Below, piece by piece: positions 29,061-39,116 of a stretch of DNA of 45,894 nt. This DNA comes from Candidatus Actinomarina sp. (GTDB lineage: Bacteria > Actinomycetota > Acidimicrobiia > Actinomarinales > Actinomarinaceae): assembly GCA_016777845.1 (NCBI GenBank), contig JADHQS010000003.1:1-45894 (forward strand). Direction: 5' to 3'. Position 1 is the first letter of the stretch. The number at the start of each line of letters is the position of its first letter. A program made the translations under genes and the position numbers. A model generated the notes under the pieces. That model had not been told where the DNA came from. It did not search any database and was given only the letters and a program-made list of their open reading frames with translations.

Positions 29061-31028
29061 ATGCATAAAATTCTGCGCATACTTTTTTTATCTTTTCTTA
29101 TAATGCTTTTTGCGTGTGGAGGTGAAGAATCTGCCAATTTGGATCCACAAGTTATTAGAGTCGTCGATGATGAGTTTTCTCCGAAAGTGATAAGAGTTGA
29201 GCCTGGTACTACCGTAATTTGGGAATCTGGTGGAGCAAATGATCATAATGTAATTGCGAGTGACGGTTCATGGCAAGCAATTTCATCAGACTATTTTGAA
29301 TATGGAATTATTACAAAAGGTGATCAATACGAACACACATTTAATGAACCTGGAGTTTACGATTATTACTGTCCTTATCATGGAACCAATAACAAAGGTA
29401 TGGTTGGGACAGTAATTGTAGGTGATGTTGATTATGCAGTTGAGCCTGAAAAAGTGATCGTCAGTTTAAGTGAAAATGTTTTGAGTGTAGGGCAAGGTGA
29501 AGACTTTACAAAAATTCAAGATGCTGTTGATGTTGCACAAGAAGGAGATTTGATTCTAATTAACCCAGGAGTTTATAACGAAAGCATAACTGTGACTACT
29601 TCACATTTAACACTGAGAGGCACTGATAGAAACAAAGTGATAATAGATGGTCAGTTTATGAGTGAAAACGGAATACAGATTTATGATACAGACGGAGTGA
29701 CAGTTGAGAATTTATCTGTAAGAAACTTTACACTAAATGGCGTATATTGGAATACAGCAAAAGGGTTTAGAGGTTCTTATTTAACTGTATACAACAATGG
29801 AGATTATGGTGTTTATGCATTTAACTCAACTGATGGTGTGTTTGATAATATATACGCATCTGGACACCCGGATAGTGGAATTTATATTGGACAGTGCTAT
29901 CCGTGTAATTCTTTAATCTACGATAATGTCATTGAGGGTAATGCATTAGGTTATTCGGGAACCAATGCAGGAGGTCACCTATATTTATATAACAATATAT
30001 GGCGAGATAATATGTCAGGTATTGTTCCAAATACTCTTGACTCTGAACTCAACCCTCCTGGCAGAGAAACAACAATTATAGGAAATCTTGTGATTAATAA
30101 TAATAACTACGAAGCTCCTACAAACCGATTTGGCGTTGTAGCTAAAGGAATGGGGATAGTAGTGCCTGGAAGAGTGGGTGACATAATAGAAAAAAATTTG
30201 GTTGTTAACCATGACAGGTATGGCATTGTTGCAAGTCCAATGTTGGATGCAAATTTATATTTCTCACAACACGTGAGTGTAAAAAACAACGTTGTTTTAG
30301 ATTCTGGATACACCGACTTAGCACTTGCAGGACCATGGGGTCCCGGAAATTGTTTTGAGGACAATGTTTACCAAACAAGTACCCCTCCACTTTTAGAGCA
30401 GCTTCATAACTGTTCATCAATAGACTCATCAAGCTTGATTGCAAGGTTTCCTTTACAGGGAGATCCTTCGGGTTTAATGATGCTTGCTGGGTTTTTTGCA
30501 GATGCTCAAACAACAGAACTTGATAAAAACAGATATAAAGAGTATCCATGGCCAAAAGAACAAGAAAATATGCAGTTTGCAGATATAAATAAACCTTCAC
30601 CTGCAATAAATTTGTTTTATGTACCTGATTTAGACTCTATTCAAGTACCAACAAACTTACTAAATGAAGACTTAGAAAATTACTACAATTCTGAAAAGGA
30701 GATAATTATGAGCGGAGTGCCTATTTCTAGCCCTACAATATGGCAGTTATTGTTTCAACTTTACGGTTACTTGATGCCGTTTGTGTTGTATGCTGCTTGG
30801 GCTGCTTTAGCAATAAAAGATATTGACTCTAACGAAAGGGTTAACGGGAGTATGAAATATGTTTGGTTAGGAGTTGTTTACCTAGTTCCATTCTTTGGAG
30901 TTTTGGTTTATCACCTTGCCGGACCTAGTGCAATTTCTCGAAGTATGAAACTTGCTGCCATAGTCGGTGGTTTGTTTAGCTACATTGCGATCCTGGTTGC
31001 AGGAGCAGTAATTAGCGGACTTGTATAA
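29061..31028 (+). CDS. Lipoprotein: cupredoxin domain + right-handed parallel beta-helix + C-terminal membrane (PLDc_N-like) segment
   Basis: Lipobox LFA-C; type-1 Cu ligands HNV...YCPYH.....M; IQDAVD.A..GD.I...PGVY beta-helix start and NGDYGVYAF repeats; three C-terminal TM helices. Start moved to ATG 29061. Confidence 0.82.
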   Translation: MHKILRILFLSFLIMLFACGGEESANLDPQVIRVVDDEFSPKVIRVEPGTTVIWESGGANDHNVIASDGSWQAISSDYFEYGIITKGDQYEHTFNEPGVYDYYCPYHGTNNKGMVGTVIVGDVDYAVEPEKVIVSLSENVLSVGQGEDFTKIQDAVDVAQEGDLILINPGVYNESITVTTSHLTLRGTDRNKVIIDGQFMSENGIQIYDTDGVTVENLSVRNFTLNGVYWNTAKGFRGSYLTVYNNGDYGVYAFNSTDGVFDNIYASGHPDSGIYIGQCYPCNSLIYDNVIEGNALGYSGTNAGGHLYLYNNIWRDNMSGIVPNTLDSELNPPGRETTIIGNLVINNNNYEAPTNRFGVVAKGMGIVVPGRVGDIIEKNLVVNHDRYGIVASPMLDANLYFSQHVSVKNNVVLDSGYTDLALAGPWGPGNCFEDNVYQTSTPPLLEQLHNCSSIDSSSLIARFPLQGDPSGLMMLAGFFADAQTTELDKNRYKEYPWPKEQENMQFADINKPSPAINLFYVPDLDSIQVPTNLLNEDLENYYNSEKEIIMSGVPISSPTIWQLLFQLYGYLMPFVLYAAWAALAIKDIDSNERVNGSMKYVWLGVVYLVPFFGVLVYHLAGPSAISRSMKLAAIVGGLFSYIAILVAGAVISGLV

Positions 31029-31045
31029 TTAAATATTCTTAATTC

Positions 31046-31897
31046 ATGTCGTTTAAGAATATTCTTTGTTTTGGAACTTTAAATCCTGATTTAATTTACT
31101 TTGTTGATGAGTTGCCAAGTAAAGGTGGTGACATTCGTAGTTTAAAGTCTTCTATAAGGCCAGGGGGGACTGCTATAAATTGCTCGGAATTAATTTCTCT
31201 TTGGAAGAAATCAGTTCAAGTTAGAGGAAATAGTATTGGTATTGACCCTTTGGGTAAATACTTAGTTGACTATTTAAAAGAAAATAACATAAATTTTGAT
31301 GGTTTAATAATCAATCAGTCGTTGACTCCAACATGTTCTATTTTTGTAGACTCTTCCGGTGAGAGAACAATAGTCTCTTCAGGATACGAAGGTCTTGAAT
31401 GGAGTAATTTCGAAAATTTAAACAACTTTGATTCGCTAATTATAGATAGGTACTCTATTAGGTTCATTAAAGATAACCTAAAAGATCTCAAAAAACAAAA
31501 TAATTTGTTTGTTTGCCAAGCAGGTTATGAATATGAAATTGATTACAAATTAGACTTTCTTATAGTCAGCAAAGATGAGATTAGTGTTGATGAAGCTAAT
31601 AGTCTTATAGATTCAAAAACTGTAGAGTATATACTCTTAACATCCTCAAACTTGCCAGCAAGACTGCTGAGTGCAGAAGGGGCTATAGAAATAGTTCCTC
31701 CAGATTTTAAAACTATAAATTCAAATGGTGCTGGCGATGCAACTGCAGCATATATTGCAGCTTTTGGTGTAAACGACTTAATTCCAAATATAAAAAAAGC
31801 CTGTGCAGCAGGTGCTATCGTAGCTGGAACAAATGAAAAACCTACAGTTGAAAAAATCGAAGAAATATCACAACTTGTAGAAGTAAACCCTCGATAG
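31046..31897 (+). CDS. PfkB family carbohydrate kinase
   Basis: PGGTAIN, G.D..G, GERTIV and NSNGAGD motifs. Confidence 0.85.
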   Translation: MSFKNILCFGTLNPDLIYFVDELPSKGGDIRSLKSSIRPGGTAINCSELISLWKKSVQVRGNSIGIDPLGKYLVDYLKENNINFDGLIINQSLTPTCSIFVDSSGERTIVSSGYEGLEWSNFENLNNFDSLIIDRYSIRFIKDNLKDLKKQNNLFVCQAGYEYEIDYKLDFLIVSKDEISVDEANSLIDSKTVEYILLTSSNLPARLLSAEGAIEIVPPDFKTINSNGAGDATAAYIAAFGVNDLIPNIKKACAAGAIVAGTNEKPTVEKIEEISQLVEVNPR

Positions 31898-31938
31898 CAA
31901 TTTATACTTTTCAGAAATATCTACTAATATAGATACAT

Positions 31939-33729
31939 ATGGCGGTTCCCTTTAAAGCTCCAGTCAAAGACATAGTTTTTGGTTATGAAGTTATTGATTC
32001 TTATAATGTTCTCAATAAAATATCAGCATTTAGTGATTTTTCAGAAGATATTGTTATTCCAACAATGGAAGAATGTGCTAAATTCTCTGAAGAAGTCCTT
32101 GCACCAATAAATGCTATAGGCGATCAACAAGGAGCAACAATCAAGGATGGTGTTGTAACGATGCCTGAAGAGTTTATTGATGCCTATAAAAAGTTTGCCG
32201 AAGCAGGGTGGGCATCAATATCTTTGCCATCTGAAATTGGTGGTGGAGGAATGCCTATAACGTTGTCTGGTGGAACCCTAGAAATTCTTAGTACAGCCAA
32301 TTTAGCTTTTGGTCTAGCACCAGGCTTAAGTGCTGGTGCAATTTCTGCGATAAATTTTCATGGTAACCAAGAACAAAAAGATAAATTTTTACCAAAACTT
32401 GTTTCAGGTGAGTGGACAGGAACAATGAATCTGAGCGAGCCTCAATCAGGGTCAGATCTCGGAACAATTACTACAAAAGCTGAACCTCAAGAAGATGGTT
32501 CTTATAAAATAACAGGCACAAAAGTTTGGATTACGTTCGGTGAACATAATATGACAGAAAATATAATTCACCTCGTTTTAGCTAAAGTTCCTGGTTCTCC
32601 TGAGGGTACTAAAGGCATTTCTATGTTTATAGTGCCTAAATATATTATTAATGATGATGGCTCTATCGGAGACTCAAATAATGTAAGCTGCATATCTATT
32701 GAAGAAAAACTAGGAATTCATGCAAGTCCGACTTGTGTTATGGAATATGATGGTTCTGTTGGTTATTTAGTTGGAGAAGAGAACCGAGGTCTTAACTATA
32801 TGTTTACAATGATGAACGAAGCTCGTGTTTGGGTAGGTGGACAAGGATTAGCATGTGCTTCAGGTGCATTACAGGGTGCTGCTCAATATGCTAGAGACCG
32901 AGTACAGGGAAGACCTGTAGGAATGTCAAAGGAAGACGCTAAAAATTCAACAATTATTGATCATGCAGATGTTAGAAGAATGCTTATGACAATTAAAGCA
33001 TACGTTGATGCTATGAGATACCTCATGTATGACAACCAATTAATGCTTGATGTTGAGTACTTTGGTGAAGATGAGGAAATGAAAGCGTTTGGTGAGGAAA
33101 GATGCGGCATATTGACACCTATTACCAAAGCCTGGATTTCTGATTTAGGGGTGGAGCTGTCTTCTATTGCAATTCAAGTTTACGGTGGTATGGGATATGT
33201 TGAGGAAACAGGTGTAGCTCAATATCTACGAGATTCAAGAATAGCGCCTATTTACGAAGGTACTAACGGAATTCAAGCATTAGATTTAATGTTTAGAAAA
33301 TTACCTCTTGATAATGGTCAAGCCATGCAAAGACTGTTATCAGACGTAAATAAAGTCATTGATGAAATGAAACAGGATGATGAAAAACTTGTATCAATGG
33401 CCGAAAAGCTTGAAAAAGAGGTAAATACATTATCTGAAATAACTTTATGGCTTGGATCTAAAATGCTTGAGGGAGAGTTAGTTGATGCAAGCGCTGGTGC
33501 CACACCGTATTTAAAAATGTTTGGTCAAGTTTTAGGTGGATACTACATGGGTAAAGCTGCAATTCTTGCAAATAAAAAGTTTAAAGAAACTGGTGATGAA
33601 TTTTACAAAGACAAAATAACATTATCAAAATTTTACATAGAACAACTACTGCCTTTAGCTTCAGGATACGCATCATCTATAACAGCAGGTAAAGATGATT
33701 TGTACGCAATGAAGGCTGAAAACTTCTAA
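31939..33729 (+). CDS. Acyl-CoA dehydrogenase (long, FadE5/DmdC-like)
   Basis: WTGTMNLSEPQSGSDLG, GTKVWITFGEH, EEKLGIHASPTC and RIAPIYEGTNGIQA.DL motifs. Confidence 0.94.
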   Translation: MAVPFKAPVKDIVFGYEVIDSYNVLNKISAFSDFSEDIVIPTMEECAKFSEEVLAPINAIGDQQGATIKDGVVTMPEEFIDAYKKFAEAGWASISLPSEIGGGGMPITLSGGTLEILSTANLAFGLAPGLSAGAISAINFHGNQEQKDKFLPKLVSGEWTGTMNLSEPQSGSDLGTITTKAEPQEDGSYKITGTKVWITFGEHNMTENIIHLVLAKVPGSPEGTKGISMFIVPKYIINDDGSIGDSNNVSCISIEEKLGIHASPTCVMEYDGSVGYLVGEENRGLNYMFTMMNEARVWVGGQGLACASGALQGAAQYARDRVQGRPVGMSKEDAKNSTIIDHADVRRMLMTIKAYVDAMRYLMYDNQLMLDVEYFGEDEEMKAFGEERCGILTPITKAWISDLGVELSSIAIQVYGGMGYVEETGVAQYLRDSRIAPIYEGTNGIQALDLMFRKLPLDNGQAMQRLLSDVNKVIDEMKQDDEKLVSMAEKLEKEVNTLSEITLWLGSKMLEGELVDASAGATPYLKMFGQVLGGYYMGKAAILANKKFKETGDEFYKDKITLSKFYIEQLLPLASGYASSITAGKDDLYAMKAENF

Positions 33730-34122
33730 TTGATTGATTCATTAAAAAACAAACATAATTTAATTGCTCTCATTGGGGCAAGTAATGATAAAAATAAATA
33801 TGGAAATAAGATTTTACTAGACTTAGTTTCAAAAGGTCATAATGTGGTTCCAATAAATCCCAAAGAAGACACCGTTGCTGGTTTAAAGTCCTACAAAAAT
33901 GTTTCTGAACTTAGTGAAAAGCCATCAATAATTAATTTTGTAGTGCCACCCAATGTTGGATTTGAATTAACAAAGGAGTTAGTTGAATCAGGTTATGATA
34001 ACTTCTGGTATCAGCCTGGTGCAGAGAGTTCAGAAATTTCTTCGTATTTAGAATCTAATAGTAAAAATTATATAGATGACAAATGCATTATGGTTGTCTC
34101 AAGACTAGCCGATAATTACTAG
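33730..34122 (+). CDS. CoA-binding protein (YccU-like)
   Basis: IALIGASNDKNKYG, VPINP, WYQPGA and C.MV motifs; TTG start abuts the upstream stop. Confidence 0.9.
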   Translation: MIDSLKNKHNLIALIGASNDKNKYGNKILLDLVSKGHNVVPINPKEDTVAGLKSYKNVSELSEKPSIINFVVPPNVGFELTKELVESGYDNFWYQPGAESSEISSYLESNSKNYIDDKCIMVVSRLADNY

Positions 34123-35144
34123 TCCTCTAATTCTTTATTTACACTATCTAATTCTTCGAATGATTTCTCAAGTTTATTTACTCTAGTATTTTTTAATGCC
34201 TCAAAAGATTTTACAGTTTGGTCTAGCCTTTTAGTTACATCGTCAAAAGATTCGATAAACTTTCTAATTTCCACTTTAATTTTTTCATGAGTTGCCAAAA
34301 TATTTTTTGTATCAGTTTGTAAACTGAATAATTTCATTGAGTGCCTTATGGTCTCAAGATAAGCCATTAATGTTTGGGGACTTACTAATATAACCTTTTT
34401 AGAAAACGCATACTGAATAACAGGTGTTCTGTTCGCACCGATTTCTGAAGTTAATAAAAAGTGATATAAGTTTTCAAGTGGTATGTACATTAAAACAAAA
34501 TCAACAGTACCTTCTTCAGCTGATATGTACCCTTCCCTGGAAGATGTATCATCAATTTTGGTTTTGATTGCTTTATCTAAAAACTCTTTATGTTTATTTC
34601 TAATAGATTCAGTTATTTCTTTTCTTGCTAACTCGTCAAGAGTTTCATCCTCAAGATCTCTGTTTAGTTTGGCTATCTCCATATAGTTCGTTAAGGGAAA
34701 TTTTGAATCCATGTTTATTGTTTTATTTTCAGGAAGATAAAATGTGAAATCAGGAATTGTACCACTCGACATTCTTTTTTGGGTTTGGTAATGTATTCCC
34801 TCTTTATACTCCATAATTTCAAGCAAGTCTTCGACCTGAAACTCTGCCCACTGCCCTCTGCTTTGGTTATTATTTAATACAGATATTAAATTTCTAGTTT
34901 GCTGATCTACTCCAGTTATAGAGGACTTAATTTCACCAGTCTTCTCTAGAAAATCTTTTACTGTCTGATCAGATCTATTGAGTAATTTGTATATTTGAGA
35001 TTCTTCATTTTCAATTATTTCACTTACAATTCCTTTAATTAAATACTCGTCATCTTTATTGTCTTCTTCAGTTTCTTTTCTTGTTACAAAATAAAGATTG
35101 GCAAGTAAGAGGGTGACTATTAAACCATAAATTATATTTTCCAT
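34119..35144 (-). CDS. rmuC: DNA recombination protein RmuC family
   Basis: N-terminal TM and coiled coil, RGQWAE, PD...LP....MDSKFP, DFVLMYIP.E and SPQTL motifs. Confidence 0.88.
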   Translation of the reverse strand: MENIIYGLIVTLLLANLYFVTRKETEEDNKDDEYLIKGIVSEIIENEESQIYKLLNRSDQTVKDFLEKTGEIKSSITGVDQQTRNLISVLNNNQSRGQWAEFQVEDLLEIMEYKEGIHYQTQKRMSSGTIPDFTFYLPENKTINMDSKFPLTNYMEIAKLNRDLEDETLDELARKEITESIRNKHKEFLDKAIKTKIDDTSSREGYISAEEGTVDFVLMYIPLENLYHFLLTSEIGANRTPVIQYAFSKKVILVSPQTLMAYLETIRHSMKLFSLQTDTKNILATHEKIKVEIRKFIESFDDVTKRLDQTVKSFEALKNTRVNKLEKSFEELDSVNKELED

Positions 35145-35196
35145 AATTTAAGAATAGCAATATAGCAAGACAGTTTATGTTCTAAGTACTATTTAG

Positions 35197-36330
35197 TTAA
35201 ACAGTGTCGAATATTTTTTGAAAACTAAATTTAAAATTATCTGAGGAATAATTAGATAAAATGAATTCTTTTGCATTTATCCCAACAGAAGTTGCTTCAT
35301 TATAATTTTGAATCACATGATTTATTTTTTTTATCATGGAATCTAAATTATTACTCTCAAATACATAACCTGTTTGTCCGTCTATGACTATGTCTTGCAT
35401 TCCCGGGGCGTCTGTAACAAGCACAGGGCATGCTGTTACTTGTGACTCAAATATTACTCTTGCTAGGCCCTCTGATACCGAAGGAAGAATCATTAAGTTA
35501 TTTTCAGAGTAAAACTTTTTCACTTCATCTCTATTTTTATTTCCATGAATAAAAACTCTATCCTCAACATTTTTCGATTTTATTTTTTCTTTGAGACTTT
35601 CAAGATAGTTTTGATTGGGTGTTGGTCCTACTATATTCAGTTCAACCTGGTCACTAATTAATGCAGGCAAGGCATCGATAATCATATGAGGTTTTTTTCT
35701 ATCAGTCACACTTCCAATAAAAAGTATTTTAAATTTTCCACTTCCATCTCTCAAAGGGTCGATATTGCTAAATATTTCAAAATCTATCCATGCCGGAAAC
35801 CTAACAACACGCTTCGATGGATTAAAAGACAATGCTTGCTCCTCTGTAGAAGAAGAAACTGCTCTCAACATATCAGCACAATTTATTGTGTAAGATGCCA
35901 TCTTGGAAAATAAATTTTTATATAAATTTGGAAATGTTAAATTTTTTTCTAACTCCAAAGTATTTATAAAATCTCCATGTGATTCGATGACTATTTTTAC
36001 ATCTTTATACTTTTTTTTGATTTTATAAACACCCAGAAAACTTGTTACCGGATCTTGAAATGTAACTATTTCAATTTCATATTGGGATATTAATTTTGGT
36101 ATTTGAAAATAAGATACAAAAAATATTTTCAAATAGTTAAAAATTCTTGATTTGTTTTTTTTATTTAAATAAAAAGTTGTCTCTGATTCAGTGTGTATTT
36201 TTTTTTGGCTCGAGAATGCAAGAACTGTAACATTTGCGACTTCACTTAAATTATCGTACTTTTTTTTTATATTTTCATTTAAAGGTAAATCATAAAAAGT
36301 TGGTGAGAAAAATAGTACATTTTTTTTCAT
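35197..36330 (-). CDS. Glycosyltransferase family 4 (GT-B)
   Basis: LFIGSVTDRKKP, ILPSVSEGLARVIFES...CPV and DGQTG motifs. Confidence 0.92.
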   Translation of the reverse strand: MKKNVLFFSPTFYDLPLNENIKKKYDNLSEVANVTVLAFSSQKKIHTESETTFYLNKKNKSRIFNYLKIFFVSYFQIPKLISQYEIEIVTFQDPVTSFLGVYKIKKKYKDVKIVIESHGDFINTLELEKNLTFPNLYKNLFSKMASYTINCADMLRAVSSSTEEQALSFNPSKRVVRFPAWIDFEIFSNIDPLRDGSGKFKILFIGSVTDRKKPHMIIDALPALISDQVELNIVGPTPNQNYLESLKEKIKSKNVEDRVFIHGNKNRDEVKKFYSENNLMILPSVSEGLARVIFESQVTACPVLVTDAPGMQDIVIDGQTGYVFESNNLDSMIKKINHVIQNYNEATSVGINAKEFILSNYSSDNFKFSFQKIFDTV

Positions 36331-37250
36331 AAACTAAAAAATTCTCTAAGTTCTGTTAATAAATCTTCTTCATGTGTCCATGGCACTGAGTGGCCAGCAT
36401 CAGGAAAAGTTTTCACTTTTACTTCTTTTAACCTCTTAACAACATCATTTGAAGTTTCTTCTGGTACAAGTTTATCTCTACCCCCAGTAATTACAAGGGT
36501 CTCAGCTTCAATTTCTTGTATCCAAGATCTTGCATCATAAGGAACAACAAATCTTCCCCCATCTGCGTAAATGAAGTCATCTTTTGATTTATGCAGATTA
36601 TTCCATGCCCACTCTGTATATTCATCGTTAATAGAGTTTGATTTTTTTAAAAATGAAAACTTAGATTTTGGATTGAAATTAGGGAATAATCTTTCTCTTA
36701 TTCTTACAAAACTAACAAATATTTTAAATGCTACCTTATCGCTATACACAGCACCACCAAGCCAGCTAAAAGGTGTAATTAAAACTAATTTATTTACTAA
36801 TGGCTTATTTTTTTTAGCAATTGACATTGCAACTGCACTTCCCATTGACCAACCTACAATATTGCAACTTGAAATGCCAAGCTCTTTTAGAATGCTAATA
36901 ACAACATCGGCATTTTCATCTACGTCCCACCTGTCCCAACTAGCATCAGACTTTCCGTGATTTCGCATGTCTATAGCAACAAAGGAGGTTTCATTTTTAA
37001 TTTTAGGTAATATTTTAAACCAGCTTCCTAGGGAGTCTGACCCCCAGCTATGGAGAAATATTATAGGAGTTGTGCCGTCTATAATATTTTCTCTAATAAA
37101 GTATTCTTTTTCTCTTATGAATACAGTCCTGCCTGGAATTTTACTTGGGTGAATTTGTGTAGTTCCTGCAGATTGGCTCTTTTTCGTCTCAAGTAGGCTT
37201 TTTGTTACTGCAGTCAAAGCAAAAATTTTAGTTAGTGTTTTAATCATCAA
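36327..37250 (-). CDS. Alpha/beta fold hydrolase
   Basis: FLHSW, DMRNHGKS, nucleophile GWSMG, GGRD acid and AGH histidine. Confidence 0.9.
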   Translation of the reverse strand: MMIKTLTKIFALTAVTKSLLETKKSQSAGTTQIHPSKIPGRTVFIREKEYFIRENIIDGTTPIIFLHSWGSDSLGSWFKILPKIKNETSFVAIDMRNHGKSDASWDRWDVDENADVVISILKELGISSCNIVGWSMGSAVAMSIAKKNKPLVNKLVLITPFSWLGGAVYSDKVAFKIFVSFVRIRERLFPNFNPKSKFSFLKKSNSINDEYTEWAWNNLHKSKDDFIYADGGRFVVPYDARSWIQEIEAETLVITGGRDKLVPEETSNDVVKRLKEVKVKTFPDAGHSVPWTHEEDLLTELREFFSL

Positions 37251-38275
37251 CTACTAATAATATTTATTTTTTGATTATATCTATCGGTTATATTTCCAAT
37301 TTCTTTTACAAGAACACCATATTTTTTTTCAATTTCTACCAAATCTATATCTGTTTCAGCAGGTGCAGAAATTAATAATCCTCCACTGGTTTGAGCATCT
37401 GCTAATAAAAGTGCCTCATCTTGATTCTCGAATGATATAAAGTCTTTTACTGAGTCAAAATTTCTTTGGCTTCCTGATGGATAAATGCCACTATGAAAAT
37501 AATTTTTTGCAAACTCAATGATTGGAACTTTATCGAATATCAAATTTGCTGATAATTTTTCATCAATCAACATCTCACTGAGATGGCCAAGAAGTCCAAA
37601 ACCAGTAACGTCTGTAATTGCATTTGCATTGAGATACTTTGCGACTTCAAGGCCTACATCATTTAAGGTTGTCATTACATTTGTTACCTGATTTATTGCT
37701 TCTTCATCAGCGACACCTTTTTTTATTGCAGTTGCAATAATTCCAGAACCGAGAGGCTTGGTTAGAAAAAGTTTATCTCCATTTTTGATATTCGTTTTTG
37801 TATAGATTTTTTCATTAACGATACCTGTTACAGCAAAACCATATTTTGGTTCTTTGTCGTCAATACTGTGCCCTCCAACAATATTACAATTGGCAGATTT
37901 CATTACGTCTGCACCGCCCTTAATAACATCTGATAAAACGTCAAAACCTATATCTTCTCTTGGCCAACTAACTAACTGTAAAGATGAAATAGGTGCACCT
38001 CCCATGGCATAAATATCAGATAATGCATTTGCTGCGGCAACTCTACCCCAGTCATAAGGGTTATCTAAAATAGGAGTAAAAAAATCAACTGTTTGTACAA
38101 TTTTGATACTGTTTCCTAGATCAATAACTGCACCGTCATCTGGATTTTCTAACCCAACTAAGACTTCAGAATTGTTTGAATTATTTTGTTTTGATTGCTT
38201 CAGAACCTGAGCAAGCTCTCTTTGGGAGAGTTTACATGCTCAACCTGAGCCATGAGAATACTCTGTGAGTCTCAC
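37247..38275 (-). CDS. selD: Selenide, water dikinase (selenophosphate synthetase), selenocysteine-containing
   Basis: GTG 38275 after AAGGGGGG gives MRLTEYSHGSG-[TGA 38240-38242]-ACKLSQ...DDGAV...TVDFFTPI.D.PYDWGRVAAANALSDIYAMGG, in frame with track ORF 37247..38005 (GGHS, TKPLG, TDVTGFGLLGH, DAQTSGGLL). 342 aa. Confidence 0.95.
38195..38214 (-). promoter_or_regulatory. Candidate bacterial SECIS hairpin of selD
   Basis: TTGCT-CAG-GTT-CTG-A-AGCAA: stem with one bulge and a G-led apical loop beginning 33 nt after the UGA; resembles the CAGGUCUG apex of the E. coli fdhF SECIS. Confidence 0.65.
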
Positions 38276-38286
38276 TTTACCCCCCT

Positions 38287-39111
38287 TTAACTTTCTTGCT
38301 TTTCCTTAAGTACTTCTTTCGCAAATAAATCTTGTATAGTGTTTAACAAAGGTGCCTGCTCAAACAACTGATTATCAATCTTTGAGACAAATACTCCGTG
38401 TTTAGCTGTAGACATTACAAAAACTGTATCAACTTTATAAAGTTCGTCTATTGTCACTCTAGAAACAGATACTTGAATCTTGTCTTCCTCACCAAACTTC
38501 AATAAATACTGTCGAGTTATTGAGTCTAAAATTCCCAAATCGAGATCTGGTACATAAACAACTTCATCCTTAATCCAGCCAACACAAAAAGTTGGACCTT
38601 CTAAAACTATGCCTTTATTATTGATGAGCAAGGCATCTGTAAAACCATCTCTAATTGCTTCCCTGGTTTGCTTTATGTTATAAGCATACGAAGTAGATTT
38701 TGAACCAACTATATTTTTACTATCAACTTCATAATCTCCACCAGCATGCCATGGTGCAGGTTGGGATTGCAATGTAAATTCTTCTGGTAAGTTTAATAAT
38801 GGTTGATAAAAAGAATAAATTGTAAAATCGTCATCTGACTCATTTCTCAAGATTAAAACTCTCACATAACCATTTTTATGGTTTGATGCTATTTTTAAAA
38901 TATTGTCTTTGACCAAACTAAAATCTACATTGTCAAATAATTGTTTTTTGCAAGACTGTTTTAACCTGTCTATATGCTTCTGTAAACCAAAAGGATAGTG
39001 GTCGTGAATCTTTAAAGCTTCAAAGACCCCATCTCCTCTCCATACGGCTAAATTTTCAACAGGCAAAGTAAACTCATCTTTTGTAACTTCCAAATCATTT
39101 ATCAAATACAA
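38287..39111 (-). CDS. PLP-dependent fold-type IV enzyme (branched-chain/D-amino acid aminotransferase or aminodeoxychorismate lyase family)
   Basis: RGDGVFEA, H.DRL..S, KSTSYA, EGPT and ILDSITR motifs. Confidence 0.9.
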   Translation of the reverse strand: MYLINDLEVTKDEFTLPVENLAVWRGDGVFEALKIHDHYPFGLQKHIDRLKQSCKKQLFDNVDFSLVKDNILKIASNHKNGYVRVLILRNESDDDFTIYSFYQPLLNLPEEFTLQSQPAPWHAGGDYEVDSKNIVGSKSTSYAYNIKQTREAIRDGFTDALLINNKGIVLEGPTFCVGWIKDEVVYVPDLDLGILDSITRQYLLKFGEEDKIQVSVSRVTIDELYKVDTVFVMSTAKHGVFVSKIDNQLFEQAPLLNTIQDLFAKEVLKEKQES

Positions 39112-39116
39112 AACGA

